NCBI RefSeq assembly: GCF_000143415.4 | Contig: NW_003314419.1 | Span: 1 to 64,000, forward strand | DNA length: 64,000 bases | Source: Selaginella moellendorffii | Lineage: Eukaryota > Plantae > Lycopodiophyta | Direction of reading: 5' to 3' | Part shown: in pieces, positions 23,101-35,169 of the stretch | How the letters are laid out: every line of letters begins with the position of its first letter | Position numbering within the stretch: position 1 is the stretch's first letter | Notes under the pieces: generated by a model | What the model was told of the DNA's origin: nothing | What the model saw: only the letters and a program-made list of their open reading frames with translations | The model's database searches: none | Made by a program: the position numbers and the translations under genes

Positions 23101-24890
23101 CGGACATTCGTCGGTATCTTCTTCTTAGCCATTATCCCATGGATCTCCTGCATCTCCTTGCCTTTCAACCAAGCCTTCACCTCGTTCAAGGCCTTCTAGA
23201 ACTTGTGATAGGATTCGGAGTCGTAGATCATATAGTGGACTGAAGATTCCACCTCCGCAAGTCCCACCATTAAGTCAATGATGGAGCTGACTTCGTCTGC
23301 ATGAGTGATCTCCTCGTTTGTGAAGTCCATCACACAAAAGATGTTCTTGACCTGCTCATCTCCGCGGGAAACGATGCTCCTCCACCTTTGATCCTCATCC
23401 GAATTCACGTATACCCAGTAAGGTTCTCGATAGGCCTCTGCTGCGGGGTCGAGCTGTTTCTGAAGCCGGCGGTCGACATCCCTCTTAATGAAATTTGGAT
23501 ATTGATCCAACTTCTCAGCTTTACTTTTCGTGGCATCCCGCAGTAGATCGATGAACTTGGGGGCCCCCTTCACGTAGTCGTCGATGTCTTCATTTGACAA
23601 CTCCAGCTCTTCCATCATCTCTTGCGTGGTGTCGATGCTCACCCTCTCCACGGCCACTTGCTCGAAGATCCAATCCTTCAATAGCGCACGAGCTCTCAGA
23701 GTCGTGCACAAGTCCTCGTATGTCACAATATGGCCGGGAGTCATTTTGGTCTTGTTGAAGACTACCTCACCACGTAGAAGAGCATTAGCCACTGTCAGAA
23801 GGTCGTCGTCGTCTAGAGACCGCGAGAAACGCAAGGCGTTGAGCTTCAAATCATTAGGCTTCCGGCCGTCCTCCACACCCATTGAGTTTAGCAACTCCCC
23901 GTCATGGTACCTCCTCAGCACATCTACCCATTTGTCAAAAATAACTTTTGTCGCGAGTACAATGTTATGGATGCTGAGTGTGTCATTGACCCCCAGTGTT
24001 TTCGAGAGAAGACTCGAGAATTCCTGCAATGGAAATGGCGTGAGGCCACATGGTATGCCACATGCAACGAGGCTTACCTGTCAGGCGCTAGTTGCTAGTG
24101 CACGTCCTTGTCCTGGTTTTTGTGGCTTATTCAGTTGAACCCAGAGCTTTCGTGTTCGTGCCAATGTCTCGTGCAGACCCGATTTGTAGCACGTTTCTTG
24201 CTTGACATTCTGCACGTGGGAGATGTATATGATAGATCGGAGGGGCGAGTTGCCTTTTATCAGGCGGACAACTCTTGTCTTGAAGACTTTCTTCACCTCC
24301 TCACCCACCATAATATCCACAACTATCTCTTGCATCGCCAAGCTAGAATGCTGCCCGAAGACGGCATAGAACCGGATGTTCTGATCGTCCAACACCTTCC
24401 TATTGATCAAGTCTGGAAACCTCGTCTCGCCCTTCATTGTTTGGTAGTAGGGGATCACGTCTGCGATGTCGAGTGTTACTGGACTTGCCAGCATCTTCTG
24501 CTTCAGTTTCTCCACCCACTCATCAGATACTAGCCTGTGGTTGTATTTGCTTTGGATGTCGATACGGCTCACGTCGATTGTATATACTTTGTTGGAATAG
24601 TAACAAGTACTATTATCTGCGACGATTTTTGCTGCTTCTTCTTGCTCTTTCTGCTCTTTGTGGCTCTTCTTTTTGGTGGGTGTAGTGTTCGAACCCGAGG
24701 CAATGGCATCACCGAGTAGCTTCTTTTTTGGAGCAGCAAAGTCGGACGTCGGCTTGAGCTTGACCACCCTTTTCTGCTTCGGGGTAGTTTCCAGATCGAC
24801 CCCCTTCCCCTTCGCTTCGCGAACTGGAGGCACTCTCAACGGCGTGGGGCCGCATGGAGGCACTCTCAATGGCGTGGGGCCGCATGCCAT
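20174..24890 (-). pseudogene. Transposon-borne 9-exon gene (~1435 aa): ParB/Srx-like, degenerate amino-methyltransferase-like, acidic and Pro/Ala linkers, FCP1/NIF-type HAD phosphatase-like domain; two premature stops
   Basis: Frame-consistent GT-AG model with exons 24890-24078, 24023-22709, 22658-22572, 22515-22444, 22394-21711, 21653-21639, 21589-21482, 21434-20847, 20799-20174 (4308 nt); stops at 24081-83 and 23196-98; motifs FYAVFGQHSSLAM, VVEYNCGGLFFRAAL, IVFDLNSVL..VWTS..LIIDDSPIK. Confidence 0.72.
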
Positions 24891-25859
24891 TTTCAGGGTC
24901 ACATAGGAGTATATTCCTAGGATATTCTAACATGCGTGAGATTTTTTTGAGTTTTCTGGAGATCCAACCGTTAGATCGCAACTAGATTTTACAGAATGGT
25001 ATACAATGTCTTTCTTGATGACCCTGTGGCAAATGTTGCGTGAAGAAACATGTGGCAAATGCTGCGTGAAGAAAGATGCCCTTTCTGGGCATATGCTGTA
25101 AGAGGCAGATGCCGAGCAGATGTATCTCAGGCTAGCGAAGGGGACAAACGAAAGCTAGCTATAAACATGACGGGATGCAAATAGATTACTAGGCTGGTCC
25201 TGCGAAAATCAAAAACCATAATTGAAAACATTGAAAATGCAAAAAGAAAGGTTTATAATATTTTTGAATTTTAAGCAACCAAAGGAATGCAAGTAGGGCA
25301 TGTGTTTGTAAGTTTAAAAATGCCTCAACCACTTAAATTCCCAAGTAAATAAAGCTATTTCTATTTTTGGTACAGGTAAACTTTATAGCGTGTGGGCTCA
25401 TGCAATTTTGAACCCAAAAATGCACCAAAAAATGCTCGACTAGCATTATTCTTTGAATGGCGTGTGGCCTTATATTGCCATAAATGGACGTACACACACA
25501 GCATAATTATTCCTTTACACGGCGAATAATCTTGGCGCGGATCGCTGACATGGCATGGCAAAGTTCGAATCACTGACATGGCACAGCTGGATTGAGGCAA
25601 GGACATGATGTGACAAAGTTCAACCTCCGACAGCAAAGTCTAGAAGCTACTCAGTTTGAAATTTGTCAGAGGAGTCATAAGATCTGGTTTGTCAGAGGAT
25701 TTGATGACGTTCAAGCGTGTGTTATTTTTGAATTCTTGAACTCATTCCTAGGTCTATCATTTTTGTGCGCCGTGTTCTTGGTTCCGCTGAGCGCAGTGAG
25801 CGCTGCTTGTGTAAGCGGCGTTGTGAGCTGTGGTTTATGCGTCTACGAGCGGTTGCAGC

Positions 25860-25977
25860 ATTGCGAGCGCCATTGCGAGCGGCAGTTTATGCGAGTGGCA
25901 GTTTGTGCGAGCGGCGCTACGAGCAGTTGCGGTGTTGCGAGCGGCGCTACGAGTAGTTGCGGTGTTGCGAGCGGCAC
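25860..25977 (+). repeat. GC-rich 30-bp tandem repeat (TGCGAGCGGC core) upstream of the transposase
   Basis: TGCGAGCGGCGCTACGAGYAGTTGCGGTGT twice, plus partial copies. Confidence 0.75.
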
Positions 25978-26538
25978 TGTCTTTGGTGTGGCTACTGCTT
26001 CCTCTTGATATTCGGCACTTGTGCTTCCTGGTATGTTCACCATGGAATGGCTTAGGACCACATTTAGAAATGGCATGAGGCCACATGCCATCTTGGGCCC
26101 TTGCAATTTCATGGCTAGCGTATTGTCATGTATGTTTTTACTTGCCTGCAGCTGTGTGTATATCAAGATGGCATGAGGCCTCATGCCATCTTTGGCCCCT
26201 GCTAGCCTATTGCCATATTCCTTTTGAACTGTATATATTTTTGTATGGGTGACTAGTCACGCAGACGAAAGTATTTACAGGTGCAGCGAGGCAAAAGGAA
26301 TATAGCAAGAGGGTAGCAGGGGCCAAAGATAGCGTGAGGCCTCATGCCATTAGTGGTACCACTAATGGCATGAGGGCTCATGCCAATTTTGTGAATGCGA
26401 AATTTCACGTGGGTGTCAATAGCATGTTTGAATAATAGCATGTGGCCTCATGCTATTGAGGTTGTTTGGTATGTTATGATTTAGGCCATTCTCCAATCAT
26501 TTTTTGTATGGTCTTAACTTCTTTTCTGCACTTTCAGA

Positions 26539-29500
26539 ATGGCCTTTAGGGTTGGGGAAAAGGTTTACATTTTGAATGGTGGGAAGAGAGTTGCAAAAGG
26601 GACCCTTGTGTCTATGGATCGGAACTTTGTTATACACTGTCAAAGGCTTGGGGAAGGTAATGCTGCTGTATCAGTAGAGACTGTCTTCGATGGGAATGTG
26701 GTCGCTATTGAACGAGGAGAGATGGTCGTCGAGGTAAATGTTGTTGTTGCCTTGAAAAATCTTCAGAAGAAAGCAGATGTTGGGGACAGCGCAAGTGCGA
26801 CGCATGTTCCCTCCGTGGATCTTAAGAACCGTGCTACATGGATTCAGGCGAAGGTGTTTCTAAACAACCCCGAGGGGGAGGTGGTAGCTGAGGGCTTAGC
26901 CACAATTGTCGATCCAAGAGATGCGGTTGCTAATCAAGAATTGGGCTGGGATGATATTGGAGTTGCGATTTTAGAGGTTGTTGACACAGAAGAAAACAGT
27001 CTGACTATTGGAAGCATTGTGCGGTGGAAATTGAGGCACTTAGTGTTTGAGAATGTGAAGGATTCACAATCAAACACCACTACAACTGATGACAGAACAT
27101 CTCTTCATGGGAAAAAAAAGTACACCTTCCTAAAGCGCAGCCAAAGGGATCTGAGCAACGAACCGAAAAGGCAGAAAATGGCGATGGAGGTTCGAATGGT
27201 CTCGACAGTTGCTTGTTGCAAGAGGAGGTGCTGTCAACATGCTGATTGGGATGCTATTGAAGAGGAGAGAGCAAAATACAAGACATTGTTCTGGAAGGCA
27301 GCTCGCAATTTTGTGTATGAGGCATTACGGTCATCTGTTGATGCTTCAGAACATCAGGTGGGGGGCATGGTCTTCTAGAGGGGTTTGGTCTGCATGAAGG
27401 CATGGAGAATCATTTATGGAGTCCCTCGAACCACATTCTACAGAATCAAAATTGAGTTCGAGGAACAAAGGGTTCAACAGGCAGTCCATGGGAACGACGG
27501 TACGCACAAAACCAGGGGTCATGTTGTATATGGAGAGGCAATCTTCAAGAGGTTTGTCGAGACATGTAGCGAGCAGCAACCACATAAAACCCGCCTCTTG
27601 GAAGATGGAACACGAGACACCCAACGAGTTCTCCCTTCCATGTATACCAAGGGGGCCATATTAGAAGATGTGAATCGGGAACTCCAGAGTAATGGCTACA
27701 GGAAGCTGAGCTAATCTAGATTTAGTAGATTGTGGAGCAACAGGTTCAGGGATGTGAGTATAGGAAAGTACTCCAGCTTTTCAAAGTGTGATGAGTGCAC
27801 TGCTATCAAAATGGCTTTGTCGAAGAATTCTTGCAGCGCTCAAGAGCGAGAGACGTTGGTTAAAAGGCGGCTCGACCACAACATCGAGCAGAGAAGCTGC
27901 AGGACTGCATATTATCATAACAGGATTCTTTCCATGGAGAGACCTGACTCTTACCTCTGCATCATCCACGACAAAATGGACCAGAAAAAGACGTGCTTAC
28001 CTCGACTCAATCCTGCCCCCAAGGCAATCTCTTCATCCATGCAGCTGCCTATGTCTCTGTTTGGCATAATCGCTCATGGGCATGGTGCCCAGAACTATGG
28101 GAACTTCTTTGTACCTCTATGAGGTGGCGGGGGTGCAAACATGATGATTGCGTCCCTAGCAAAACACTTAAGGTCTCTGCAAAGTGCGCAGACTGAGCTG
28201 AACGGCCAACCCTTGCATAAGGTCCTTGTCGATCGAACCCCATACAGGGTTCAGCTGGAGGAGGAGCAAAGGCTTGCAGTATCGCGTGGGGCCCCATGCC
28301 ATCCCAGTGAATATGTTGGCCGTCAGATTGTAGGGTTATCACGTGAGGCCTCATGCCATTCCGACGAGGCTGGTCGCCCGGTGAATGCACAGCCTCATCC
28401 AAACGAAGCAGAATCTCAAGGAAGTTCTTGCGGCCGATGTGGCCTTCCACCCCATCTTCTGCTCCAAACAGACAATGCTGGCAGTGAGAACAAAAACATG
28501 TACGTCTTCGCGTACTTGGCGATGCTTGTTGCCAAAGGCATATTTGAAACGGTTACACTTGGCTTTCTCATGGTTGGGCACACTCATGAAGACGTCGATG
28601 CCATGTTCAGTCACCTAGCAGAGTCCCTCCGGCGATCCAATGTCCTCACCCTCCCACAACTCTACGATGAATTCCAAAATTGCATCAAAGGCACTGTTGA
28701 AGCTGCACTTCTGACAGAGGTTCCAGACTTTAAGGGGTTTGTAAGAGGCTACATCAGGGACGGATCCGAAACGCTGATTGGCCACTCCAAGCCTCTTCAG
28801 TTTCATTTCAGCATGTGTGACGGTGCTCCAGTGATGAGGTACATGAGAGAATGAGACACAGTGTGGCTGCCAGTGGACGGCATTGAACTCTTCAAGAGAG
28901 ATCCCATAACTGGGGAACCTATGATTCCTCAGGGTTCCCCACGGCCGATGCACCCGGATGGACTCAAAGACCAGGAAAGTATAGTGGCCGGGATTAGACA
29001 GCATATTGCCTTCTGGAAGAGGGGGTTGGTGTTTGGTGGAGAATCTTATTTTCAGAAGTGCAAGCCTTTGCTCGAATACTGGGAGAAGATTATATCTGCT
29101 ATCCAAAATGGGCCGGTTGTATATGAAGAATTGGAAGAGTCCTTTTGGCCAGAACCCAGAGCACTAGATAGTAGCGGAACAATGTCCTCTAGAAATGCAG
29201 TGACAGATAACGATGTTGAGGATCACTATTGTGGGCCGAGGAACAAGAAGCCGGATTCAGCATTCAATCCAGTACAGGTCTGCAAAGGAATGGTCGTGCT
29301 TGTCAGACCCAGTAATAAAAAACAAATGATATGGGTGGGGCGCTGCATCACTGATGCAGAGGAGGACGCGGAAACTAACTCCTTCAATGTAACTGTGGAG
29401 TGGTTCAAGCCAAGTTCCGGATATACGAAGGATTGCCTAGAAAAGAGATGGGTGCTGAATCCAAGGGATCCCAGCATGAGCATATCGGTGGATAATGTTG

Positions 29501-29677
29501 TGCATGGTTGGATGCGGAAGCAGAGTGCCACCATCACCTTGCCAGACCATGCAAGAGATGCAGCAAGAGCATTCATAACCCGGGTTCAAGGTGAGATTCA
29601 TTAATATTCCTTTACTAAGTTTCTAATGTATTTTATTTCAAGGTGAACAATCCGAATCTGAATCAGAGGAGGCGTGA
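26539..29677 (+). pseudogene. Sola1-like DDD transposase (~1020 codons) with four nonsense mutations
   Basis: Five track ORFs (26539, 27385, 27730, 28141, 28861) share one frame; CCKRRCC, VCMKAWRIIYGV, FSKCDEC, IHDKMDQ, LQTDNAGSENKN, FLMVGHTHEDVDAMFS; probable terminal intron 29591-29642. Confidence 0.85.
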
Positions 29678-31213
29678 TGGCATGTGGCCTTACGCCATTC
29701 CTAGGTGAGATGATACAAATAACAAGTATAAATTCTTAGTTGTTCTAGCAAATCTTACTTAAAGTTTAAGGTGAACAAGCCGAATATGAATTCATCGGAT
29801 TATTATAACAAATTGCAAGGTGATGGCATGAGGCGATACGCCATTTGAGAGTGGTAGCCATTCCTATATGAGGTGAGTGAAATATTTATTAGAAATACCT
29901 CATTTAATTGTGCACTTCTAAGTCTTGGTCCACTCAATACTGTTTGCATGTTTTTATTTTAATTCTTTCTCTAAAATGTTATTTAGCATGTGGCTTCATG
30001 CCATTGCTCTCCACAATCATGCATTGAATTTTTCTATCCTTGCATAATACTTCTCCATATATATAGCATGTGCGCACATGTGATATGGTTCATTAGGCCT
30101 GATATAGTGTGTGAGGTAAAACAAAGATGATGTGACATATGCATTTACCAATCACACGTGCATAAATCTAATAATATGGCGTGTGGCCCATATTAATGGC
30201 ACATAAACCCATATTGTGGGCTTACGTGCTTTATGTACCATCATTCCCTTGCAGTGTGTGTGTTGGTTTCCTTTTATAACACAACGAACTCCATATTTTA
30301 GGGTGAAGAGCATTCTCATGGCAAGCACAAAATCTGTAAGTGAGGCAGAAAAGGAGATGGAGAAGGAGATAGGTGAAGATGTAGAATATATAAGTCTTCC
30401 AAACTCCCCGTACTATACTCCAGGTGATCATTTTTCTGAACAAATGGCAACATTAACAACTATCGAGAACGCCCCAGTAACGTCAGAGACAACAATCCAA
30501 AGCAAAACAACTGACCCGGAGAGAAGGATGATAGTACCGCTGAGAGTACCAAAAAGGAGGTGTCCACTAGCGCTTAGGCTTATAATGGCGTGTGCCCTCA
30601 TGCCATTTACTTGATCACCAAATACCTTTTTCCCTTTGCACTAGTATATCTTAATACCGGTCTGAGAAATAGAATGGCATGTGCCCTCAGGCCTTTTACT
30701 AAATCACCTTTGAAAGAAATGCAAGCCTCTATGTCGTAAAAAAAAGGTACTAGAGAAATTCCTTAATAATATGAATGTTATTTAGTTTCATGAAAATACA
30801 CTAAGGGTCAAATGAGTTAAATGACTTCTCCAGACTAGCAATGCCTCTTGCTACACCTTCACAATTAGATTCGTTAGAAAAAGATAACATTGAATAATAT
30901 CTAAATGTTCTCACCATTAAGTTATATATCTGGCTAATAGGAATGACGTTCATCTTGGAAAGCTCACCACACGCTCAATGAACAAACAAATAGTGTGTGC
31001 GCGCATGCCATCGCTTTTCTTTAGCTTCAGATTCGGCTTGTTCACCTTGACAATGAGATTTATTATACAACCAGATGGACATAGTCTGGACATAAAGTCA
31101 CCGCGCTAGTCACCATGCCCCAGATATGTCTAGCCCCTGGACAAAAAACATATAATTTCACGTCATTTTCAAATACTTGAAAATTTGTACCTAGTCCCAT
31201 TTTACTGAATAAA

Positions 31214-31235
31214 TCCCACTTTAACGAAATAGAGC
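31214..31235 (-). repeat. Right terminal inverted repeat
   Basis: TCCCACTTTAACGAAATAGAGC, exact reverse complement of 19497-19518. Confidence 0.92.
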
Positions 31236-31700
31236 ATTACTGCTCTTATTCCTCTCTACCTGATGACCACTTGAGGTATGTGTAGTCTTTTCCTTGACAT
31301 GCTTGCTCAATTCCTCATAATTTAGTTTATAAAGTTTTTCGGTAGTGCTGCTTTTTTCATTGAGAAATTTCTATGAAGCTGAGGTAGAGCTCCATTCCTA
31401 AGAATTGTGCTTAAGAACTTTCATAGAAAGGTCACCAAACTGTCACTATTGCCATCGCTGCATGATGTTTGTGATTTTGTGGCACACTTGTCATGAGAAA
31501 AACCAGTTACTGCAGGAAAAAAATGACTAAAAAGGCATGAAGGACTTACAAACCTGGTAAAGCTGTAGATTGGAATCAAAGCTGTAAGCCTCAGTAGCAA
31601 CCTATAAAATAAACATGCCATGAGAAAACAACAAAAGAAATAGATTGAACAATTATAATTATAATTACAATTTTTCAAATTGAAACTATTCTCTACTACT

Positions 31701-31726
31701 CTCAGCGGAGCTGGGATCTCTGCTAA
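31701..31726 (+). mobile_element. Helitron 3' terminus (degenerate, CTAA)
   Basis: CTCAGC-GGA-GCTGGG, 7 nt, CTAA|T. Confidence 0.65.
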
Positions 31727-33749
31727 TACTCATATATTTAAACGAAAGAGCCAGTATAATAATAGCATATACTGGTGATGTTTATTCTGGGATATGCCAA
31801 AATCTAACGGCTGAGATTAAACAATGTAAAGTCGTGACTTTTGGGACCATAAAATATTTCAAATGTCTTTTAGGGCGCATGACCACGAGGAGAGAGTGTC
31901 AATCATTGCTAGTGGGAAGGTACTGTGTGTGTGTGTGTGTGTGTTTTGAGGTCTTCATTGTAGAGCACCTCAGTAGTTGATTTCAGATCATACTTTCCTA
32001 GTGGACCATTCAAAGAACCATGGAATGATTTAGAAGGCTACAGTCAGCTGTATGTGAAGAACTGAAGCTGCCACCGGTTGGTTCATTCTCGAGTTCAAAA
32101 GCTCAGGATACCGTGGTTAATGGCCACGCACCGGAAAATGACAATCATTTAACCGACGCTGAAGCATTCTTCAACAGGAGAATTATCGAGTTCGTGAAGA
32201 AACGAGTCACACTTATGGAAAAAGTACTCAACGCAGAATACCATCTAGTAAAAGAGTCTCAACCCCCCTATCATCATCCCTGCGATTCTAACTTGAGATG
32301 TTCCAGGATGACCAAGATATTCCGGCCAATCGCAGCAAAAAGGACCTGGCGAGGGACCAAAAACCTCCTACCAAAAGCCGCAACCTACATTTTTTCCTTA
32401 TCCAACACCTTTAAGTGATTTAGACACTAGAAAAAACTCTAACGCATTCGTTTTTGGACAGCTCCAGAAGAAGTCCTGGGAAGGGCATTGGATAACAATC
32501 CTAAGTGGCTGAAAGTCCCAGCCTATTACAACGAGGTTGTGTTTGTTTCTCCGTTTGCAAAGGTTTGAGAGGCTCATGGCTTTCTCTGTGTTGCCATAGT
32601 TGTGCTCAATGATCAGCGAGAACAGGCTCGACGCTTTCCAGACTTACGTGGGGAACAAATCCACCGGCATCCGCCTGCGCAGGTGCATTCGGTAGATCGA
32701 CATGCTATGCTCGGAAATGCGACGAGGATTGGGAGTGAAAGGCGAAGAGGCTATGGTGGATGGAGCTCACAACAGGGACAACATCTCGGACAATGAGGGG
32801 ATTCACGTTGTCATCGATGACTAGAATCAAGGTTCTTCACTCTCTTGCTTGTCGCTATTCTTTTTTCGAGTCTCTCAAGTCCCTGTTTGTTCCAGGTTCT
32901 CGAGGCTGGAACCACGACTAGAATCAAGGTTTTCACTCTCTTGCTCTTCACTCTTTTATGTCTTATTCTTGAAGTGTATTCCTTATTTACCTACTATTTG
33001 ACCTGGAGAAATTGATAAGAAAATCCTACAGGTGGGAAGAATGAAGATTCAAAAGTAAGTTTATTGAGGAACCATCAAGTTTTTATTTTGTTTCTTTTTA
33101 CTAGGCTAATGTATTTGTATGACACTTTGAAACCTAAGATGGTTCAAAAAGATATCTGACTTTAGCCATCTAGGAAGTCCTGTCACTAACATGAGTGATT
33201 GGTAAACAAAAAATCAAAACTCAAATGCTTACAATCTCTATTTTTTCTCAGAGATTCTATGGATTATAGCAAGACACCTTGAGAGGTATGTGTCACATGG
33301 CTTGGCATTTCTATTTATTTTGCAATCTTTAATTCAAACTTCTATGTGAATTTGGTGGATTTACTGAAAGTTATAAGCACTTAGATGACATTGACTAAGA
33401 TTTTGTGCTATTCTTCTTAAATGAGGTTCCTTTACTTTACTTTCTGCCAGCTCTATTTCAGATTAGATGCTCTTGGTGACGATTTTCCAGCTCAGCTTTG
33501 TGTGCTAGAATTGAACTTGATAGTTAATAAGCTACTTTGGAAACATATTCTTTTTTACTAATATGAAACTATGATATGGGGCAAATATATCTCACTAGTG
33601 CACTGCTATATGGATGCTATTTTATTATTTTAGAAAAAGGAATCACTACTGCAAGAGGGTTTTAACTATGAAGAGCAAGAGGGTGTAGTTGACAGGACAA
33701 ATGTTACTTCTTGAAATGACTGAAACAAGCCTTTTTTTAGTAAATGATG

Positions 33750-34740
33750 ACTTCCTAACACACTTTCTGCCCATCACATTCTATCTTGCAACACCATGTG
33801 TTTTGTATAAGCTACAGTTGTCAACTTTGCATAGTTGCTGGCACTCTTTGAAGTCAAAAGAATCTCTCCCTTTTGGAATAGCATCTTGAAAAAAAGAGTG
33901 CCACATAAATTCATGGATAATTCATGAGCATGGTATAGGAGATCATCTTGTTATACAAAACTTGGTTAACACAATTTCATGTGACAAATTATTTCAACTA
34001 CGAGAAATTAACATACCACTAGTTGCCATTGAACAAATGTTTGTCATTGGACTACCAAGGACTTAAACAAATTAAATGTACTACTAGCATTAAACAAGGA
34101 TGTCCACTATATTTGGTTTATACATCAATGTCCTTATATATCAAGATTCATATGGTCCTCCCTTTTTTTGCCACTACTACTTTTTTGCCACCACACCAAT
34201 TCTTGAATGTGGAATTTGGCTATTGGAACGTAAACCTTGGTATCATGGCTGTAGAGATATAAGTTTTCTCAGTCTGCTCTACAAACATCACAAGATGGTG
34301 GCACCAACTTAGATGTTAGACATACCAAGCTAGACATGGATTTAGACTACTTGCTTCACAGCAGCACGTGATGTATATTGCATATTGCTTTTCAATAATA
34401 GCTCATTTAAGCTCAACACAATTCAAGTTCATAGAGTACCTTGATGTTGTCAACATACAATACCTTATTGGAATAATATCTTATTGAAGTGCTAATAAAC
34501 CATGCCATGGGTAGATAACATCGATATATTGTGGCAAGTTATCAAGTAGGCTAACATCACCTCCACATAGACATATTCTTGTAGACTCTATTTGATAACT
34601 TTTAGATGGTACACGACTTCAATCTCACATATAAGACATTTGACAACCTACAAGCTAACAAGAATTCCTTAGATTTCACCTTACCTCTTCACAAGTTTCT
34701 CATGCAATTACATCATATTTGTCTGGTTGAATTCCTCTTG
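33750..34740 (+). pseudogene. Highly degenerate non-LTR (LINE) RT remnant
   Basis: SIKQGCPL resembles the LINE RT G.RQGCPLSP motif; otherwise shattered. Confidence 0.35.
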
Positions 34741-35169
34741 GCTGCAACAGTTTTATGAGATAGGGTGCTTCATATTTTTATGATTAATATTTTTTAATAA
34801 TTTTATATTTTTCAGTTGAAAATTTTCTTTACAATATAAAGATATAATTTATAGTGATTTTTAATAAGAAAAAAATTTCTTTATATGATGATTTCCTAAA
34901 ACCTAATAGTATTTCATGCTAACTGGTGATGAATCACATTTTTTATATGGTAGCTTATATCCTGTGTAGCCCTTACATTAAAGATGTCTCAATCATATTT
35001 ATAACTTTATTTTATATATCAAAATTATAATTAATACAAAATATTAATGCAAAATTAAAAAAACTGTTATAAATTTGAGATATTCTAAAAATCTTAAAAT
35101 ATATTATTATCTAATAGAACTAAAAAATCAATATGTATTACATTGATTACATGATTGTATTACAAGATA

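Larger units (their letters stand above)
19590..31011. repeat. Dispersed 22-bp palindrome ATGGCRTGNGGCCNCAYGCCAT, about 25 copies
   Basis: Perfect palindromes at 21033-21054 and 26168-26189; others start at 19881, 20958, 22404, 22545, 24035, 24839, 24869, 25385, 25457, 26070, 26329, 26365, 26435, 28281, 28338, 29677, 29823, 29983, 30063, 30176, 30585, 30674, 30990. Confidence 0.9.
19495..31237. mobile_element. Sola1-like TIR DNA transposon, ~11.7 kb, two divergent genes
   Basis: 22-bp perfect TIRs; candidate 4-bp TSD TACT (19491-19494 and 31238-31241); transposase with D..DNAGSENKN..GHTHEDVD motifs; superfamily call is from motif memory. Confidence 0.82.

Noticed and set aside
19881-31011. 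22-bp palindromes as a CRISPR array or independent MITEs
   Set aside because: Spacing is irregular (about 8 bp to over 1.8 kb), some copies are in-frame coding sequence, and none has a TSD
32100-32830. GC-richer coding-like patches
   Set aside because: Probably captured gene fragments, but I could not recognise a family, so no call is made
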